Shown here: positions 53,518 to 64,000 of the stretch, in pieces
Numbering within the stretch: position 1 is the first letter of the stretch
How the letters are laid out: each line of letters starts with the position of its first letter
Assembly (NCBI RefSeq): GCF_006345805.1
Contig: NC_042998.1
Span: forward strand, 29,388,001-29,452,000
Origin: Octopus sinensis
Taxonomy: Eukaryota
DNA length: 64,000 nucleotides
Direction of reading: 5' to 3'
Translations under genes and position numbers: made by a program
The notes under the pieces: model-generated
Database searches by the model: none
Seen by the model: the letters and a program-made list of their open reading frames with translations, nothing else
Told to the model about the DNA's origin: nothing

Positions 53518-53518
<1 letters not shown>
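53040..53518 (+). pseudogene. CR1/L2-like LINE 3' end
   Basis: LDYWDRLKALK..CPNDLNISFKIYPRLG..FFSSTGPALFNIV / IKEEKDPITFKRNLGKFLQGIPDNLPIPGYNSLNKSSLQEW, followed by a 3' UTR ending atctaagtt. Confidence 0.85.
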
Positions 53519-53562
<44 letters not shown>

Positions 53563-53668
53563 TAATGAGGGAGTTAAATTGAATATTAATTTAATTAATA
53601 TCAATTTAAAACCAGTAGCCAAGCATACAAAAATCTTAAAAATCAGAAAAAATTCTAATACATGTGTA

Positions 53669-53844
53669 TATTTGAAGTGCAAAACCACTAGGTGGTCAGC
53701 TGTATGCTAGAAGTAGATCACCTACGATCAAACTACAAAGAAAGGAATTCAGCGAACACCAAACGAAAATTCCTTTCATTGTAGTTTGATCGCAGGTGAT
53801 CTACTTCTAGCATACGGCCGACAACCTAGTGGTTTTGCCTTCAA

Positions 53845-53847
<3 letters not shown>
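53669..53847. repeat. Fold-back hairpin of about 180 bp
   Basis: gcaaaaccactaggt..atgctagaagtagatcacct.cgatcaaactacaa..gaaaggaatt and its reverse complement, with an 18-nt loop. Confidence 0.92.
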
Positions 53848-53879
<32 letters not shown>

Positions 53880-54383
53880 ACACACACATATATATATATA
53901 TATATGAACAATTGCAACGTGGAAGGTGTTTATAAGCCATTTAAAAACACGCAAAAACCATTAGATTCACTTCAACATTTAAAGTTAATTTTCCAAAATA
54001 TTTTCGTCGCATTCAAACCGCGACCTGTTCGCTGACAAAATTCAGATGCAGCATGGACTTTTGTCAGGGAACAGGTCGCGAAGAGGAGACAAACAAAAAA
54101 TTAAAATATATGATAATCATTGAATTCCTTCAATATGAACATTTGATAGACTGAATTTATCATTAAACTATGTAGGTAGGAATGTTTTTTTGTTTTACAT
54201 TATTGTGTCCGTTCGGCTCCTTGGATTAGGTTTCTTGTCCTTCAGAAAAAGTGCATTCGGCACCCTGTCTGTGCACGATATATGCTTATATATACCGTAT
54301 ATATACGCAGGGAGACTTATAAATCGATTGATAAATTCTTTTCCATTCTATGCACAAAGTCCCAAATGTTTGTGAAGAAGACC

Positions 54384-54917
54384 AGTCGATTAGATCGACC
54401 CCAGTACGCAACTGGTACTTAATTTATCGACCCCAAAAGGATGAAAGGCTAAATCAACCTCGGCGGAATTTGAACTCAGAACGTAAAGATAGACGAAATA
54501 CCTATCTCTTTACTACCCACAAGGGGTTAAATACAGAGAGAACAAACAAGGACAGACAAACGGATTATGTCGATTATATCGACCCCAGTGCGGAACTGGT
54601 ACTTAATCTATCGACCACGAAAGGATGAAAGGCAAAGTCGACCTCGGCGGAATTTGAACTCAGAACATAACGGCAGACGAAATACCTATTTCTTTATTAC
54701 CCATAAGGGGCTAAACATAGAGGGGACAAACAAGGACAGACATAGGTATTAAGTCGATTATATCGACCCCAGTGCGTAACTGGTACTTAATTTATCGACC
54801 CCGAAAGGATGAAAGGCAAAGTCGACCTCAGCGGAATTTGAACTCAGAACGTAGCGGCAGACGAAATACCGCTAAGCATTTTGCCCGGCGTGCTAACGTT
54901 TCTGCCAGTCGCCACCT
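54384..54917 (-). mobile_element. SINE family A, head plus about three tandem 184-bp bodies
   Basis: gaaatacc ends at 54502, 54686 and 54870. Confidence 0.93.
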
Positions 54918-55367
54918 TCGATCGATTGATAGATTGATTGACTGACTGATTGGAGTGTACCGTTACCAAACTATATTTTTTTTTACGGGCACAAAATTGT
55001 ATGTCTCCATAAGTACCGCAAATAAGTTCGTATATAACAGTTTGGATAATCTCGTATATTCGTAAATAATAGTCGGAACGTGAGATGAGGATTTCTGATA
55101 TTCAGCTTTATTCTTTCAGCTGAAGCAAAAATTTCGCTATGTCTGCGGCGTGGTCGTTCTCGCAATGACAATTTAATTTTAGCAGAAAACCCAATCTCTT
55201 TTATCCAAAGCTACAATAAGGGACTACTGGACTGTCGAATGCCAATCATATCAAATATTTAATGTGTTAGTGTTAATAACTCTGATCTACGAGTATTTAC
55301 GAACATGCATATACATACATATTATTCACACACACACACACACGCACATACACATACACAAATATTC

Positions 55368-55447
<80 letters not shown>

Positions 55448-55811
55448 GTGTGTGTGTGTGTGTGTATTCTATAATTATAAACATAATTATAATCAGTGGT
55501 CACTTGATTGCTTCGGCAAGCACCGAATTTAGAAATAGGAGTTAAAATGCCTTTTCTGCTTCCAATAAGGATCTCCCAGACCGTAACACAGTTTTTTAAG
55601 TAGGGAAAATTGATTACTTGATTAATTAATTAAATAAATTCACCCTTGTTTTATTATTATTATTATATTATTATTATTATTATTATTATTATATTATTAT
55701 TATTATTATTATAATCATTATATATACGGCAAAAAAAAATGGAAAAGATACAAAAATGACATGCATCAGCTGGTTGACATTCTATTATGTCTAGTAATTC
55801 CTCAACTCTCC

Positions 55812-55854
<43 letters not shown>

Positions 55855-56026
55855 TAATTAGAAAAAAAACACCTCTTATCATTTCAGAATGAACAATTAA
55901 ATTAATTAAACAATTAATTTTTATATATATTGTATTGTGTGAAATTTGATTTAGTATTTCTTAATTGAAGTTTTTCCTTGTAAGTTTGGATTTTATTCCC
56001 TCAAATAATAATTATATAAATATATA

Positions 56027-56083
<57 letters not shown>

Positions 56084-56365
56084 CATTAGAAATTTATAAT
56101 TCTCGAAATATTATGTTGACAAAGGAAATGAATTTTTATAATTCTAATCCAGAAACACGTCCACAATTAATCGAAGACTGCTTGATTTCATTATTTTTCT
56201 TCTTTTTGCCTTTGTGATTTACAAATATTGTTATCTGTGTAGACATATTTGTGTACGAAAAAGAAGTAGCGGTCTTTTGGCTGCTATTTCTAAATTTTCG
56301 GTATGTAGTGAAGCAACTTGTTGCTAAGCCCTTAATTATTTTTAAAAGGATATATATATATATAT

Positions 56366-56541
56366 AAACTTAGGTAAACTTAGATAAACTTAGATATGTT
56401 TCGACCAAAGATTGGTCCAGGCCATGTCTAACTTAATAGCACCACCTGATAGGATTATTCGAATCCTGTTTAAGTCAAGTTTTGTTCAAGTAGTGAGTTC
56501 TTGTTGGGTGAGTTGTATCCAATTATGGGTGGCTTATCTGG

Positions 56542-56543
<2 letters not shown>
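56366..56543 (-). mobile_element. 3' end of the same LINE family as 53040-53518
   Basis: PDKPPIIGYNSPNKNSLLE; shared atcaggtggtgctattaagttagacatggc; (ctaagttt) tail repeats. Confidence 0.88.
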
Positions 56544-56611
<68 letters not shown>

Positions 56612-56634
56612 ATATAATATATATAATATATATA

Positions 56635-56744
56635 TCATGTGACCGACCAGTCCATCAGATGTAGTTACACATTGCTGGTCACAATGCGTTCGCATTGTTT
56701 TAGCCTTCGAATGACGCCATCCCGCAGGCTAAGCGAGCAGGCCA
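56635..56744 (-). mobile_element. Headless SINE-B tail-1 module in (TA)n
   Basis: Starts at tggcctgctcgcttagcc, the same boundary as the 10601 copy. Confidence 0.85.
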
Positions 56745-56747
56745 TAT

Positions 56748-56794
<47 letters not shown>

Positions 56795-57439
56795 CCATAG
56801 TGTGAATTAGTTGACTTTACAGACTTACCATGTCATTTGATATGTGATATAACCTGTGAATAATGCGAAATAAGGCATATGGACAGATCTCCATGGTAGC
56901 TTATAAAATACGAAAGACTAGATCAATGAAATTCTATTGCTGTTCCTAAGTTATTACTATGTAAACGAACGAGAAATTGAGAGATACAGAGCATGAACGA
57001 AATATTAGTACTGACAAATATGGAAGAAAAACAAACGATTAATGAAAATTTGAAACGAGATCAAACGACGCACATCTATTGATTCCGTTCTCAACGCTAA
57101 TTATTTTGTTTTTCGTGAAAGAAAATGTTTGAATTGCAAAGCTGTTACTCAATTTCGTCTCCGTGTTTCCTTTTGCATTCAAAATCGATCTGCTAATTAC
57201 GACTCGAAGAAACATTCCAATTTTTGTTTGAGTGAAATGTAATTTTGAAGAGAAAGAACTTCCTTTTCATCAAAGTAATATGCCTTGAAGTCGTTCTTGC
57301 CTTAGTCTTTGTTTATTTTTTTTTTCTTTAATTATTTTATTTTGCTTCTTCATGCTTAACACTGATGTGATTTAATATTTGAAATGGATATGACTAAACA
57401 AAGTAAATCATTTTTTCAAGAAAAGAAGCCTTTTAATTT

Positions 57440-57457
57440 TATTATTATTATTATTGA

Positions 57458-57528
<71 letters not shown>

Positions 57529-57557
57529 TTATTATTATATTATTATTATTATTATTA

Positions 57558-57609
<52 letters not shown>

Positions 57610-57622
57610 TACTACTACTACT
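57440..57622. repeat. Compound (ATT)n/(ACT)n microsatellite
   Basis: Direct reading. Confidence 0.96.
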
Positions 57623-58357
57623 ATATTCTAAATATTGATAAAACTGTACACTAAAAACTAATGTTAGTCGTTTTAGAAAATGGGGTTTATGTACTTTTAT
57701 TAATATTCAAATTTTCAAGTGCTTTCATAGTAGTCAAATAATTGAAAAATTATAAAATTTCGCAGCTGAACTGGTCTAGTAAAACAGAATTCATATAAAT
57801 AAGTTTTACATAGTTTTCATAGGAAATTCCTTACAGTGCCATATATAAAAAAAGATACACTTTCACTTCAATTTATATACCTGCTTCCTCCGTTATATTT
57901 ACAATGTATTTGTTAATATTATTATTTATCTATCAATCTCTCTATCGTATATTCACAATATATAAATTAGAAAAACATTAGTTTAGATGTATGATTAATT
58001 AATTAAAATTTTGGGGATACATAATTACCCTCTTCAGAATTACCAGATGTTCATAAAGCATCTTTAACATTGCCACAATTTATTGTGTCTATTTAAGTGA
58101 GATCCATCGATCATCTTGTTTGCAACGAATGGCGCCCATGCTAAACTCAGCTGACTTACCCTTATTTTAAATTTTGTTTTCGAAATTTTATAAATTGTAA
58201 AAGCAATTTATGCACACCCTGTACTTATTCTCTCGATCTTTATTTGATTTACAAGATAAAACTTCAGAGAATCTATGTGAATCGATCTGCTAAAATAGCT
58301 GCCATATCTTAAAACTTACGCTCTACTGTGATAGAGTACGAAAGAATACTTTATGCA

Positions 58358-58515
58358 ATATAGATCGATATCTTTAAAAAAGATATAGGTAATGATATAG
58401 ATCTATATCTTTAAAAAATATAGATTTGTATCTTTAAAAAAAATATAGATCTATATCTCTAAAAAAGATATAGTTTGCAACATAGATCTATATCTTTATA
58501 GATCAACATAGATGT
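58358..58515. repeat. Degenerate ~24-bp minisatellite (atatagatctatatctttaaaaaa)
   Basis: About 5-6 imperfect copies. Confidence 0.8.
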
Positions 58516-59884
58516 ATATATTTACAAAAAAAAATGCAGGTATATTGATGGCGTGAAAACTTCTGATTAACGACCTGCATGGTGAGAAATGAATTGAGAT
58601 GAAAAAATACAAATCAATAAGTAAATAGAAAAATGAAACAATGTTGGCTTATTCCGCAGCAGGAACGCAATTTACAAACAGTTCAACTATTATCTTTTAC
58701 TTCTATGAATTTGACACTTACGCTAACCTTCTGCAACGGAAAATGCTCTTTCATTTTTGCAAGCATTTAAGTACTTTTATACATCTCTTACCTGTGTGTT
58801 CCATATTTTAACCGAAATACATTTAGTTTTATAGTTCAGCTCTCTAATTTCAAAACTGTAGACAACTGATATTTCGAACTATAAAATCTATACACAAAAG
58901 CTATTTTTAATTTATTAATCCATCAAACTATTATGTCTTATATTTTCCCATCTTCTTCCTGAGTGCATTTCTTTTTATTGAATTTTGCATTAATCATGCA
59001 GACATATTCCATCTAGCTATTATTATCGCGCACTCACTTCTCTTTTTTGTTTTCTATTCGAAGATAAAATAGACATCTAAAGAATACTTTCTTACTGAAA
59101 TCTAATTCTGCGCATCTCTGATATTAGTAACCTCATTAGCAGTACACAGAAATATATTGCAGTGCGCGCGTCTTCTATTCACACGTGCTTGAAACACGCT
59201 TGTACTTTAAGACGTATATGCACTGAATACAATATTGATTTTATTCCGACGTACATCATTGAATCTAAAAAGTAAGTATATGTTTGTCTTGTGAATTGGG
59301 AAAAAAAACATAATTTCTAATACAGTTTATCTATATGAAAATATAAAACGAACGAAATAGTGGACTGTTTGCTGTTCCCCGTCAAATGGCCTCTATTAGC
59401 ATGTGCATGTCTCTGTCTACTTGTTTCTCTCAATATATATATATATATATATATATATCCAAGTTTGTATGATTGAATATAGAAGAATATATTACTCAAT
59501 GAAATTCCAACCTAGTCTGATTTTCCCGTTTTATTATTAATAATCTTTACAATTTTACATTATTGAAATAAACTAGTACTTTCATGTGATACGCAATCTT
59601 CAGGTTTACGTAGTGAAAGTCGTGTTCCACATTTGACAACTGAAGTGAAATGGTTGGTTTTGTCCTTTAAATAGCCTCCAGTGGACTCCAGCAGGCTGAA
59701 TCTTACTAATTGTATTTTGACCAATCAGTATGTGGCTTAGATATCACGGTTTAGTGAATGCGCAAACCTGGTTAGCATTTATCCCGCATTTTTTTTTCAA
59801 CAAGATATTTTAGTCAATTAGTATGCGGCTTAGACGTCACGTTTTGAAACGAGATTTGCTTCCGTTTATACGTGCTCCGTTAAG

Positions 59885-61077
59885 GGATGCTTAGAAGAAA
59901 ATCTCTATCAAAGAGAAGAGGACAATTGCGGTACTGAATTTACAAGATATATTGAAGACGATTGCTTCATGATATGGACAAAATCTGTAGATACTCTGGA
60001 AGAATTTAATATCCTCCTCAACAATTTGCACCCAACTCACCAATTTACAAAGGAGATGAGTAGTACCAAATGACTTCTAGTATAAGTCCGGCATCGCATG
60101 CGTTGGTGTGTCTACCTAACTGCATACATCAAATGGTGAACACGTTCTGTGGTAGGGGGCCCGGATTACCATTACACTGCTTGTCCGTCTTTAGAAACAA
60201 CGTCTTTAGAAATTAAGGCGGTAAGCTGGCAGAAACGATAGCATGCCGGGCGAAATGCTTAGCGGTATTCCGTCTAGACATAATTGTAATTAAAATTGAC
60301 ACAACTATCACCACTGAAATATGCCATAAACAAACAGGCATGCATTTATATTTGAACTTTAAATAATGCAACCAACACATACAAAACACAATATCCCACA
60401 CTGCCAAACCAGAAAAAGTTGTACCATTGTGGAGGATGTGAATACTAGAAATAATCACCTAACAGAACTCAAAGTATTTCAATCCAAACAAAAATACCCG
60501 TCCCTACTTATAGAAAATCTTATACAGCGTGCTATAGAAATACCCGTACGATAGCCTAGGGCAACCCCAGAAAGAAGAAAACTAGAACAGGTTATACAAT
60601 TTATAGTGACGCACAATCCGTGTCGCCAAAATATCTTTAGCATTGCCACAGTAAACTTTCCTATTATTGCTGAAAGTAATCAAGAATCGATCTATGATTC
60701 TCAGTAAAAGACAGTCGAAAACCTTGCAACGATTATTAACAAAGACAAAGTTTGACCTAGGCGCCAATGTATCTAATTGCTAAGATAATCGATATGGTAC
60801 ATGTCAGTTCATACATACCGGTCAATATATGAACACAAAACCCGGAAGAATGTTCGCAAAAGCAGAAATTTAATTTATTGCATCATTTCCCCTGGAAATG
60901 CATCACCGGAACGTTCACATGTGCAGTGACAGCAAATTAGAGACCCTAAGCAAGCATCTGGCAACATGCGTTCAAAAAAAGGTTTATAATATTGCCATTC
61001 TGCAAACTACACAACTCAAGTGAAGTCGATGAAGGAATTTTATTGATAAATTCAAACCCGTTTTAAATGGACAATAA
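59885..61077 (+). pseudogene. Decayed Penelope-like element ORF (RT, linker and GIY-YIG endonuclease remnant), interrupted at about 60068-60273
   Basis: GCLEENLYQ..RYIEDDCFMIWTKSVDTLEEFNILLNNLHPTHQFTKEMS; LDIIVIK..HKQTGMHLYLNFK; HTKHNIPHCQTRKSCTIV..LIENLIQRAIEIP; SKRQSKTLQRLLTKTKF; QQIRDP; ends FIDKFKPVLNGQ*. Confidence 0.88.
60214..60273 (+). mobile_element. SINE family A head only, preceded by a leader shared with 62994-63120
   Basis: aaggcggtaagctggcagaaacgatagcatgccgggcgaaatgcttagcggtatt. Confidence 0.85.
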
Positions 61078-61124
61078 TAATGATAGGAGTAATAGCAACG
61101 CTGATAATTGTAATGTTGATAACT

Positions 61125-61535
61125 TACTCATTACTCTTTTACTCGTTTCAGTCATTTGACTGTGGCCATGCTGGAGCACCGCCTTTAGTCGAGCAAATCG
61201 ACCCCAGGATTTATTCTTTGGAAACCTAGTACTTATTCTATCGGTCTCTTTTGCCGAACCGCTAACTTACGAGGACGTAAACACACCAGCATCAGTTGTC
61301 ATGCGATGTTGGAGGGACAAACACAGACACACAAACGTACACACACACACATATATATATATACATATATATGAAGGGCTTCTTTCAGTTTCCGTCTACC
61401 AAATACACTTACAAGGCTTTGGTCGGACCGATGCTATAGTAGATGACACTTGCCCAAGGTGCCACACAGTCAGACTGAACCCGAAACCATGTAGTTCGTA
61501 AGCAAGCTACTTACCATAGAGCCACTTCTACGCCT
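61125..61535 (-). mobile_element. SINE family C
   Basis: Family match. Confidence 0.92.
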
Positions 61536-61576
61536 ATAATAAAAAAAAATAATAATAATAAAGATAAATGCTGCTG

Positions 61577-61627
<51 letters not shown>

Positions 61628-61857
61628 TCGTCTCCATTGAACAACAACAATAATAAAGGTGATGGGGAGGATGGTAGTAGCGTTAACCAGGTTAACATTG
61701 ATTTGATTGAAATGTAAAATTTCTAGAAAATTGAAACAATCTCCTAATACAATAATGAGCGTAGTGTTTTTATATATATGTATGTATATATTCGCAATGA
61801 TAGATCGCTAGCCACTAAGCTTCTTTCTATTTTCTCTCCCTGTTTATTTTCGTGTTC

Positions 61858-61893
61858 CTTTCTGTCGAAGAGCGTAGGCTCGAAACGTAAAAG
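61858..61893 (+). ncRNA. Variant minimal hammerhead motif (CUGUCGA core)
   Basis: CUUU CUGUCGA A GAGC-guag-GCUC GAA ACGU A AAAG. Confidence 0.55.
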
Positions 61894-61974
61894 CCTTTCT
61901 CACTTCTGGAAAAATATAATAATAACATCGAAAAATACCTTAGGAATGAGAACCCAGGTTCGAAATTTTCCCAT

Positions 61975-62020
61975 GACACCTGAAGATGGTTGGAGGGTAT
62001 TTCAGCCGAAACGTTGTGTT
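61975..62020 (+). ncRNA. Minimal type I hammerhead motif, copy 1
   Basis: GACAC CUGAAGA U GGUUG-10nt-CAGCC GAA ACGU U GUGUU; predicted cleavage after 62015. Confidence 0.7.
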
Positions 62021-62165
62021 AACAACAAACAAGATGAGGACAAATATCCGTCGAAGAGCGTAGGCTCGAAACGTAAAAGCCTTTCTCACTTCTGGAAAAA
62101 TATAATAATAATAATAACATCGAAAAATACCTTAGGAATGAGAGCCCAGGTTCGAAATTTCACCA

Positions 62166-62213
62166 TAACACCTGAAGAGGGTTGGAGGGTATATCAGCCG
62201 AAACGTTGTGTTA
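62166..62213 (+). ncRNA. Minimal type I hammerhead motif, copy 2
   Basis: UAACAC CUGAAGA G GGUUG-10nt-CAGCC GAA ACGU U GUGUUA; predicted cleavage after 62207. Confidence 0.7.
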
Positions 62214-63117
62214 ACAACAAACAAGATGAGGACAAATGTCCGTCGAAGGTAAATAATGTAGATAATGTACATAATTACTCGTCTCTTAAATATGGAAATA
62301 TACCTCATAGATATTCACATATATTTATTACATATATATACGTGTGAATATATATAAGCACATATGTAAGATCAGATAAATAATGTGTTTATCTATATGC
62401 AAGTGTTCTAACGTATATATATATGTATATATACACATTCACATATATATATGCGTATATCTATAATTTCATTCCTTTTTGATTTTCACTTATTGATTTG
62501 CACAGCTATAATTTTAGGTGAACGTGTACTGAATTTATTGGATAAATAAATATTGACTATTAACAATTTCTACTAATTACCGACGTCTATAATAAGAAGT
62601 TATAATTATATTTATCCCAATATTAATAAGAGTTACACACACATGGTAAATTACATTCTTTTATTCTTTAATTCTTTCATTTGTTTCAGTCATTTGACAG
62701 CAGCGATGGGGACAAACACAGACTCACGTGCACACACGCGCGCGCGCGCACACATATCCATACGTGTGTGTGTGTGTGAGTCTGTGTGTATACGCTTTCA
62801 TGTGACAGTGGTTATGCGCGCAGGCCGAGAAGTGTAATAACGTAAGAAGTCTGTTTGATGAACGCTATGAGAGGGAAATGTTTGCATGAGTATATGCGTG
62901 TATGCGTATGTATATAAGTGTATTGTTGCATCTGTGAACACACCTGTGTGCATGTGTGTGTGTGCGCGTGTTTGCGCGCCGCTACATGTGTGTAAATGAC
63001 TTCTAGTATAAGTCAAGTAACTGCATACATCAATGGTGAACACGCGTTCTATGGTAAAGAGCCCGGATTACCATTACGCTGCTTGTCCATCTTTAGAAAC
63101 AACGTTTTTTAGAAATT

Positions 63118-63540
63118 AAGGTGGCGAGCTGGCAGAGCCGTTAGCACGCCAGGCGAAATGCTGAACGGTGTTTCGTCTGCCGCTACGTTGTGAGTTCAAA
63201 TTCCGCCGAGGTCAACTTTGCCTTTCATCCTTTCGGGGGTCGATGAAATAAGTACCAGTTACGCACTGGAGTCGATATAATCAACTTAATCCCTTTGTCT
63301 GTCCTTGTTTGTCCTCTCTGTGTGTAGCCCCTAGTGGGTAGTAAAGAAATAGGTATTTCGTCTGTCTTTGCGTTCCGAGTTCAAATTCCGCCGAGGTCGA
63401 CTTTCCCTTTCATCCTTTCGGGGTCGATTAAATAAGTACCAATAACGCACTGGGGTCGATATAATCGACTTAATCGGTTTGTCTGTCCTTGTTTGTCCCC
63501 TCTGTGTTTAGCCCCTTGTGGGTAGTAAAGAGATAGGTAT
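63118..63540 (+). mobile_element. SINE family A, head plus two tandem bodies (185/184 bp)
   Basis: ggt(g/a)ttt at 63167, 63352 and 63536. Confidence 0.93.
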
Positions 63541-63703
63541 TTTTGTTGTTATCGTTGTTACGCATGAAGTAAAGTTTGTTTGCGGTTATTTCTTTCCCCT
63601 CCTCTTCTCTCTTTCGTGAATGGTTGCGAGTCTGTACGTGTGTTTATATGTGTCTACCTAAATACTTAAACGATATGGTGTACTCCACCACCTTCCTTGC
63701 ATC

Positions 63704-63861
63704 TAGGGCCGGCCCTAGGTTTGCTGGCGTCCCGGGCAAGCTGAACTTCGGCGAGTACAAGCTACCAGTCGTGGAAATTTCCTTGAATTTGTCACGCCCC
63801 ACTTGGCGCCCCCTAGAACAAGGGCGAGTGCCCAAGTTGCCGGTACCTTGAGCCGGCCCTG
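63704..63861. mobile_element. hAT-superfamily MITE (158 bp)
   Basis: TIRs tagggccggccctagg / ccttgagccggccctg; 8-bp TSD cttgcatc at 63696-63703 and 63862-63869. Confidence 0.9.
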
Positions 63862-64000
63862 CTTGCATCGACAATCTCTAGCTTCTCATTACACCATTCT
63901 ACTACTTAGCATTCTGATACCTTATACTCTGCTACAACTTTGATGTTGTGAGCAAAGGGGATGCATACTCAATCCAGTTAGCTCTATACTTTGTAGTTTT

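Larger units (their letters stand above)
61797..62290 (+). mobile_element. Chimeric family E / family D repeat with a tandem duplication (186 and 192 bp units)
   Basis: Units start at gtcgaag 61864, 62050 and 62242; several substitutions between copies. Confidence 0.9.

Noticed and set aside
60760-60960. In-frame stops in the PLE remnant as selenocysteine recoding (Naiad-like)
   Set aside because: Stops co-occur with frameshifts and TAA codons; the TGA in VQ*QQIRDP fits CpG decay of an Arg codon.

Overview
AT-rich, microsatellite-dense eukaryotic DNA with no supportable host protein-coding gene and no true tRNA/rRNA gene. It is intergenic or lies inside a very long intron. The repeat types (several high-copy tRNA-headed SINE families amid (TA)n/(CA)n tracts) look like coleoid cephalopod, probably Octopus; this is an inference. 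The window holds about 25 SINE copies or fragments from four families, decayed LINE fragments (CR1/L2-like, RTE-like), a mariner remnant, Tc1/pogo/hAT MITEs, an internally deleted Helitron and a decayed Penelope-like element (PLE; RT plus GIY-YIG) at about 59.9-61.1 kb. Main theme: three unrelated non-autonomous repeat families carry minimal type I hammerhead-ribozyme motifs with palindromic stem III. These include a tRNA-headed SINE (11.7-12.2 kb), a tandem dimer predicted to release a 192-nt RNA (61.9-62.25 kb) and a young 1.6-kb non-coding PLE-like insertion with identical 126-bp inverted ends (35.9-37.5 kb). There are also several long snap-back hairpins and an unexplained 2.5-kb tandem-plus-inverted array of a 491-bp unit (12.4-14.9 kb). 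All protein and family calls come from motif recognition by eye, not from database searches.
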